64,000 nucleotides of DNA, taken from positions 248,001 to 312,000 of the forward strand of contig JBEUKZ010000036.1 in assembly GCA_048128005.1 (NCBI GenBank), given 5' to 3'. Positions 58,375 to 64,000 of the stretch are shown one piece after another (positions within the stretch are counted from its first letter, which is position 1; the number at the start of each line of letters is the position of its first letter). The translations under genes and the position numbers were made by a program. The stretch is from Veleropilina oligotropha (taxonomy: Eukaryota). Below the pieces are notes generated by a model. The model did not search any database and was not told the DNA's origin. It saw only the letters and a list, made by a program, of their open reading frames with translations.

Positions 58375-59215
58375 TAGAGTCCTCAACTTGGGGGCAGGTG
58401 GATCTTAACGGATTGTCCAGGCTTTCCTAATTATTAATATGAGCATGACTCAATATGACCATTGATGTTAATATGCGCTAGAAGCATATAAATCTTTAAT
58501 ATTTCAGAGTTTAAATGTAGAATGATAATATATGCATGAAATTAAAAATTTCTGTTGTCTTTCCCAGCAATAGAAGCCGCTATGCTTGATGTGAGGCATA
58601 ATGATGCTTTCCACATGTTTACGTCTGGGGTTTGAGGGGATCGAGGCATATCATATTGGTTAACGTACTTAAAATTGTTATTTTAGATCTTTGTGGGTGT
58701 TCTTTCTAACATGCATGTTCTCTTTACAATAATGTGTGGCAATTTATTGTTGCGGAAGGTGCTTGTAACAGCACAGCATGTAAGTGCTGGGCAGCTGCCA
58801 CCCCGCATGAGAAACGCTACCTTCGTGCTTCTGTAGAGCATGTTTAATGATGCGTACGCGGTGTTGTTCCATCCTATATACTGTTGCTGTTGCTTGGTAG
58901 TTCATTCTATTTGTTGATATATTATATACATGTGATTTATCTCCTCAAAACTTTCAATTATTGTGATCACATCATTCTTATAAAATAATAATTCCTGTCT
59001 GTATATTTGTTGGTCCTCTGTTATCTCCCAGACCCATCAATTGATTTCATAAACATTTGGTATGCATCCCCTCGTATTCGATCGTGATTTTGGGGTTCGT
59101 ACCAGGCGCCATCGTGATTTTCCATGTCATACCGTGAGACTTGTCGACACTGCATTCACCCACTTGACTGCTAAATTTCTAACAGGAGCGCGTTCTAACC
59201 TCATTTGGGGCAATA

Positions 59216-59812
59216 TTATTGTATCCCCGAAATTTTACATTTCGGCTGTTCGGGGATAGTATGGTTTAGGCATCGTTCAGCCGCCGCCGCAGAGATTTCT
59301 TGTGTGCGCTCTACAGTGAAATGTTCTAATCCAATTTGATTCAAATTTGGTATGCACGTCAGTTATGAGGAGGACACGTCACCTAACGAGATACAAGATG
59401 GTCGCCATGGTGGCCATTTTGTTCGACCAGATTTCTTGCGCGCGCCCCACAGTGAAAAGTTTTATTATCCGATTTGATTTTAATTTGGTATACATGCTAG
59501 TTATGATGAGGACACGCCACCTAACGATTTTCGTCGTTTTCGGATCAAAGATATCCGCCGTGGCGGCCATTTTATTTGAAAATAATTCTTGCCTAACGAT
59601 TTCCGTTTGTTTTCGGATCCAAGATTGCCGTTGCGGCAGCCATTTTATTTGAAGATATTTCTTGTGCGCAATCTACAGTGAAAAGTTCTTATCCGATTTG
59701 ATTCAAATTTGGTATACATGTTTGGTATGATGAGGACACGGTGCCTATTGATTTTTGCTACCGTGGGAGGGGATACATCGCCTCGACTTGCTGGGTCGAG
59801 GATTCGCTAGTT
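59216..59812 (+). mobile_element. Helentron-type non-autonomous element
   Basis: Subterminal inverted repeat TGTATCCCC/GGGGATACA, (GCC)n, internal repeats, 3' hairpin CCTCGAC...GTCGAGG, end CTAGTT. Confidence 0.75.
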
Positions 59813-60097
59813 TGTTTAGTCACATTTGTTCATAACTGCTCGGAGATGGCAGGTTTTGTTGGCGATCGGCTTTTCCTCCCGCGATAATATGGACATGTCC
59901 TGCTATGAACTTAACGGTTGTTGCCATTAAGCATCGATACACACCAAGCCCTCCCAGTATTCCGTAGGAACTCGCTGAATTTACCCTCCTGATGCGAGCT
60001 AATGAATCTATTCCTTTAATGATAGCAAACAGATTATGGTGTAAATAGAATATGTCCCACCATTGTGACTATGTGAACATGCCATTTCTTTTTCAAG

Positions 60098-60187
60098 CAT
60101 ATTGATACTGACGGACACTTTAACTAAACTGGAAAAACTGAGGAATCAAGAAGACGCGTATGGACTCGACTTTGCTCCACAACGTGG
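60098..60187 (+). CDS. Exon of host gene 2 (ILILTDTLTKLEKLRNQEDAYGLDFAPQRG)
   Basis: atttctttttcaAG acceptor, GTAGGT donor, phase 2 start matches the 57084 exon. Confidence 0.6.
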
Positions 60188-60424
60188 GTAGGTTAGATTT
60201 TAAAAATGTCTGTAGGCAATGTAACACTGGTAAAAAAATTCTTTGAATGAATTACAGTCACATGTATTGGATAAGACAGCAAATAGCAGTTGGACCAATT
60301 TGACATCATTAATTATTGGTGCCGGTCAAACATTACTTTTAGCTCCACTGGTTGAAGGCAAGAAGGACATATATATATGATAACGCATCATCCGTGATAT
60401 GTGGGTAATTAGTTTGTCTCGTTA

Positions 60425-60817
60425 TTGTTACTCATCCAAGGTCAGCCAACATTCGACCTTCACAGGGCATGCGACCTTCGCAGGCTTGTTACTCATCCAA
60501 GGTCATGCAACATGCGACCTTCACAGGACATGCGACCTTCACAGGATTGTTACTCATCCAAGGTCATGCAACATGCGACCTTCACAGGACATGCGACCTT
60601 CACAGGCTTGTTACTCATCCAAGGTCATGCATGCAACATGCAACCTTCACAGGACATGCAACCTTCACAGGCTTGTTACTCATCCAAGGTCATGCAACAT
60701 GCAACCTTCACAGGACATGCAACCTTCGCAGGTTTGTTACTCATCCAAGGTCATGCAACATGCGACCTTCACAGGACATGCGACCTTCACAGGACATGCG
60801 ACCTTCACAGGCTTGTT
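60425..60817. repeat. 61-bp tandem repeat with an internal 18-bp subrepeat, ~6 copies
   Basis: ttgttactcatccaaggtcatgca+(acatgcgaccttcacagg)x2. Confidence 0.93.
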
Positions 60818-61233
60818 ATGCCCCCATCTCGACTTTAGTCGGCCAGGGGGCATTATGCTTTTGTTCCGTCCATAACAGATTGAACTCACCTATCTTTTTC
60901 GATGTTAATCATGAGCGATCTTCTTCAAACTTAATATGCTATTAGATATATGTATGAACTATCATGAGTTCGAATATTGAATGAAAATATTTATTTTTTA
61001 CCACATTTTTGAACATAGTCTCTGGCGCTTCATTTCTGATCTCATGCTATAAGAAACTCACCTAACTTTTTTGATGTTAATCAATAGCCACCTTCTTTAA
61101 ACTTCATATGCTATTATATATAAGTATGAACTATCATAAGTTCGAATGTTGAATGAAAATATTTATTTTTTACTACATTTTTTACGTTTTTGAACATAGT
61201 CTCTGGAGCTTCATTTATGAATCATACCATGCT

Positions 61234-61964
61234 ATAATAATAATAATAATACTTTATTTATAGAAGGAGAACAGTTAGTATACAACCAATCTTCCCTGAG
61301 TCCCTCTCTAGCTAATATGGTATAAAACAACAAAAAATGAAAACAATAACATTACAAATATATCAATACAAGACACTTAATCGCTTTTATGAAGAAATAA
61401 AATAAAATAATATGAATATAGACCAATAAATATGGTAATAGTGTGAAATCTAACCAAAAGCAAACAAGAAGTAATATAAACATTAACATTCACCTTCTTG
61501 TCATCCAAGAACTAAAAAGTATATAAATATGTATGTTATGACACTGAATATGAATCTCAAGTTAAAAGCAGTTGAAATATAAATAGAATACAGTAATAGT
61601 ACGGTAATTAAGGTTCAAATAAGAGATACGCTATGAAATTAACTAGATAAGTTTGAGTTATTGCATTAAATAACTGGTCATACATTTTTTAACGATCTGC
61701 ACATTTTCTGAATTTTGTACAGTTTGAGGGAGGTTATTCCAGAGATGAGCTCCTGAATACCTAAATTCTTTCGGAGTGATTCAGTGCGAGGTTTTGGAAG
61801 ACACATTTTGTTTAATGTACTAGAACGCAGTTGTTTTTCAGAGGCTTCGTGGATGTATGAAAATTTATTGTAAATATAGCTTGGTATAAGTTTGTTATTT
61901 GCTTTGAACATCATCGTTCCCTTATTAAGTTCCAATCTGTTTTTAAAATTAAGTCAGTTTAGTT
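61234..61964 (-). mobile_element. 3' fragment of a LINE related to 722-4843, with (TTA)n tail
   Basis: Minus-strand LPKPRTESLRK matches LPKPRTESLKR; shared 3' motif agagagggactcagggaagattggtt...aataaagtt. Confidence 0.8.
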
Positions 61965-64000
61965 TTTTGTCCCGCCTGCGGAGCAGAAGCGGGACATAGG
62001 TATAGCTTTTCCGGCATCGTCGTCGTCGTCGGCGTCGGCGTCGTCAACAATTGTTAAGATTTGTGTTTAACTCTGTTTCTGACAAAGTGTAAGTGCTAGG
62101 TCCATCATATTTGCACAGCATCTGTATTACAGTGTACCCATTACATATGGATGCTGTCCTCGTGATCTTTACCTATTTTTTACGTGCAAATGTCTTTGGT
62201 ATTTTTCACCATTTTCAATGTTAAGTTTACCGTTTAGCTCATTTTCTGGAATACTACAAATCCTATGATCACCAAAATTGGACAACATCTTTGTTATAGA
62301 CTGCCCATTAAATATAGGTGCTGATATTGCGACCTTGACCTACGTTTTTACGTGCAAATGACTTCGGTATTTTTCACCATTTTCAACGTTAAGTTTAGCG
62401 TTTAGCTCAGTTTCTGGAATACTAAAAGTCCTATGATCACCAAAATTGGACAACAACTTTGTAATAGAGTGCCCATTACATATCGGTGCTGCAAGCGCGA
62501 CCTTGACCTACGTTTTACGTGCAAATGACTTCGGTATTTTTCAACGTTAAGTTTTGCGTTTAGGTCAGTTTTTGGAATACTACAAGTCCTATGATCACCA
62601 AACTTGGACAACACTTTCTGTCTGCCACCAGAAAGAAGCTTCAAAGCCAAGCCTTTTAATATCTTTTTATTGTCCCGCCTGCGGAGCAGAAGCGGGACAT
62701 AGGTATAGCTTTTCCGGCGTCAGCGTCAACAATTGTTACGATTTGTGTTTAGCTCTATTTCTGACAAAGTGTAAATGCTAAGTTCATCATATTTGTACAG
62801 CATCTTTATTACAGTGTACCCATTACATATGGATGCTGCCCTCATGACCTTGATCTACTTTGTACGCGCAAATGACTTCGGTATTTTTCACCATTTTCAA
62901 CGTTAAGTTTAGCGTTTAACTCAGTTTCTGGAATACTACAAGTCCTATGATCACCAAAATTGGACAACATCATTGTTATAGAGTGCCCATTAAACATCGG
63001 TGCTGCTCTTGTGATCTTGACCTACGTTTTATGTGCACATGCCTTCGGTATTTCCCATCATTTTCAATGTTAAGTTTAGCGTTTAGCTCAGTTTCTGGAA
63101 TACTACAAATCCTATCTTCACCAAAATTGGACAACAACTTTGTTATAGATTGCCCATTACATATCGATGCTGCCATCGTGACCTTGACCTACGTTTTACG
63201 CACAAATAACATCGGTATATCGGGATATTGTTGTTGCTCTGTGCGTCCGTCTGTCCGTCAACAAATGGTTTCGTTATTTTTCAACATTAAGGTTTGCGTT
63301 TTGCTCAGTGTCTGGAATACTACAAGTCCTATGATCGCCAACTTGGACAACAGTATCTGTCTGCCGCCTGAAGGAAGCGGGATATTGTTGTTGCTCTGTC
63401 CGTCCATTTGTCGGTAAACATATCAGTGCTGCCCTCGCGACATTGACCTACTTTTATGCGCAAATGTCTTCTGTATTATTGTCCCGCCTGCTGGGCAGAA
63501 GCGGGACATAGGTATAGCTTTTCTGGCGTCGTCGGCGTCGTCAACAATTGTTAAGATTTGTGTTTAGCTCTGTTTCTGACAAAGTGTAAGTGCTAGGTTC
63601 ATCATATTTGGACAGCATCTTTATTACAGTGTACCCATTACATATGGTTGCTGTCCTCGTGATCTTTACCTATTTTTTACGTGCAAATGTCTTTGGTATT
63701 TTTCACCATTTTCAATGTTAAGTTTACCGTTTAGCTCATTTTCTGGAATACTACAAGTCCCATGATCACCAAAATTGGACAATATCTTTGTTATAGACTG
63801 CCCATTAAAAATAGGTGCTGATATTGCGACCTTGACCTACGTTTTTACGCGCACATGACTTCGGTATTTTCCACCAATTTCCACGTTAAGTTTAGAGTTT
63901 AGCTCAGTGTCCGGAATATGAAAAGTCCTATGATCACCAAACTTGGACAACACTTTCTGTCCATCGGCTGAAAAAGCTGGGATAATTGTTGTTGCTCTGT
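61965..64000 (+). mobile_element. Three tandem Helentron-type non-autonomous elements with internal repeats (runs off the window)
   Basis: Head tgtcccgcctgcggagcagaagcgggacataggtatagc+(GTC)n at ~61968, ~62671 and ~63480; shared units ctatgatcaccaaaattggacaaca. Confidence 0.8.

Noticed and set aside
60399..60945. Three overlapping ORFs of 137-158 aa
   Set aside because: Products of the 61-bp tandem repeat cycling through frames

Overview
AT-rich eukaryotic (invertebrate-like; the repeat inventory resembles mollusc genomes, which is an inference) genomic DNA dominated by transposable elements and tandem repeats, with small spliced exons of one or two unidentified host genes on the + strand. 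The centrepiece is three + strand DIRS-type tyrosine-recombinase (YR) retrotransposons: copy A (20389-27640), copy B (33197-50609, interrupted by several insertions) and a diverged copy C (39731-46983) nested inside B. All have inverted terminal repeats (ITRs), an internal complementary region (ICR), gag, RT-RNaseH-methyltransferase-like pol and an overlapping YR frame. Comparing the copies suggests (i) one CCC-UAG-G site at the end of gag may control all three products (Gag stop, +1 shift into Pol, read-through into YR), and (ii) copy C is a young Pol-dead derivative that deleted this site and keeps an open 1695-codon Gag-YR fusion with intact recombinase catalytic residues. Also present: a CR1/L2-group LINE interrupted by a mini-Helitron, a Penelope-like fragment with inverted pseudo-LTRs, a piggyBac-like element with an ATAT target duplication, tRNA-derived SINEs, many MITE and Helentron-type non-autonomous elements, and several minisatellites. 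No database searches were run; family names rest on recognised motifs.
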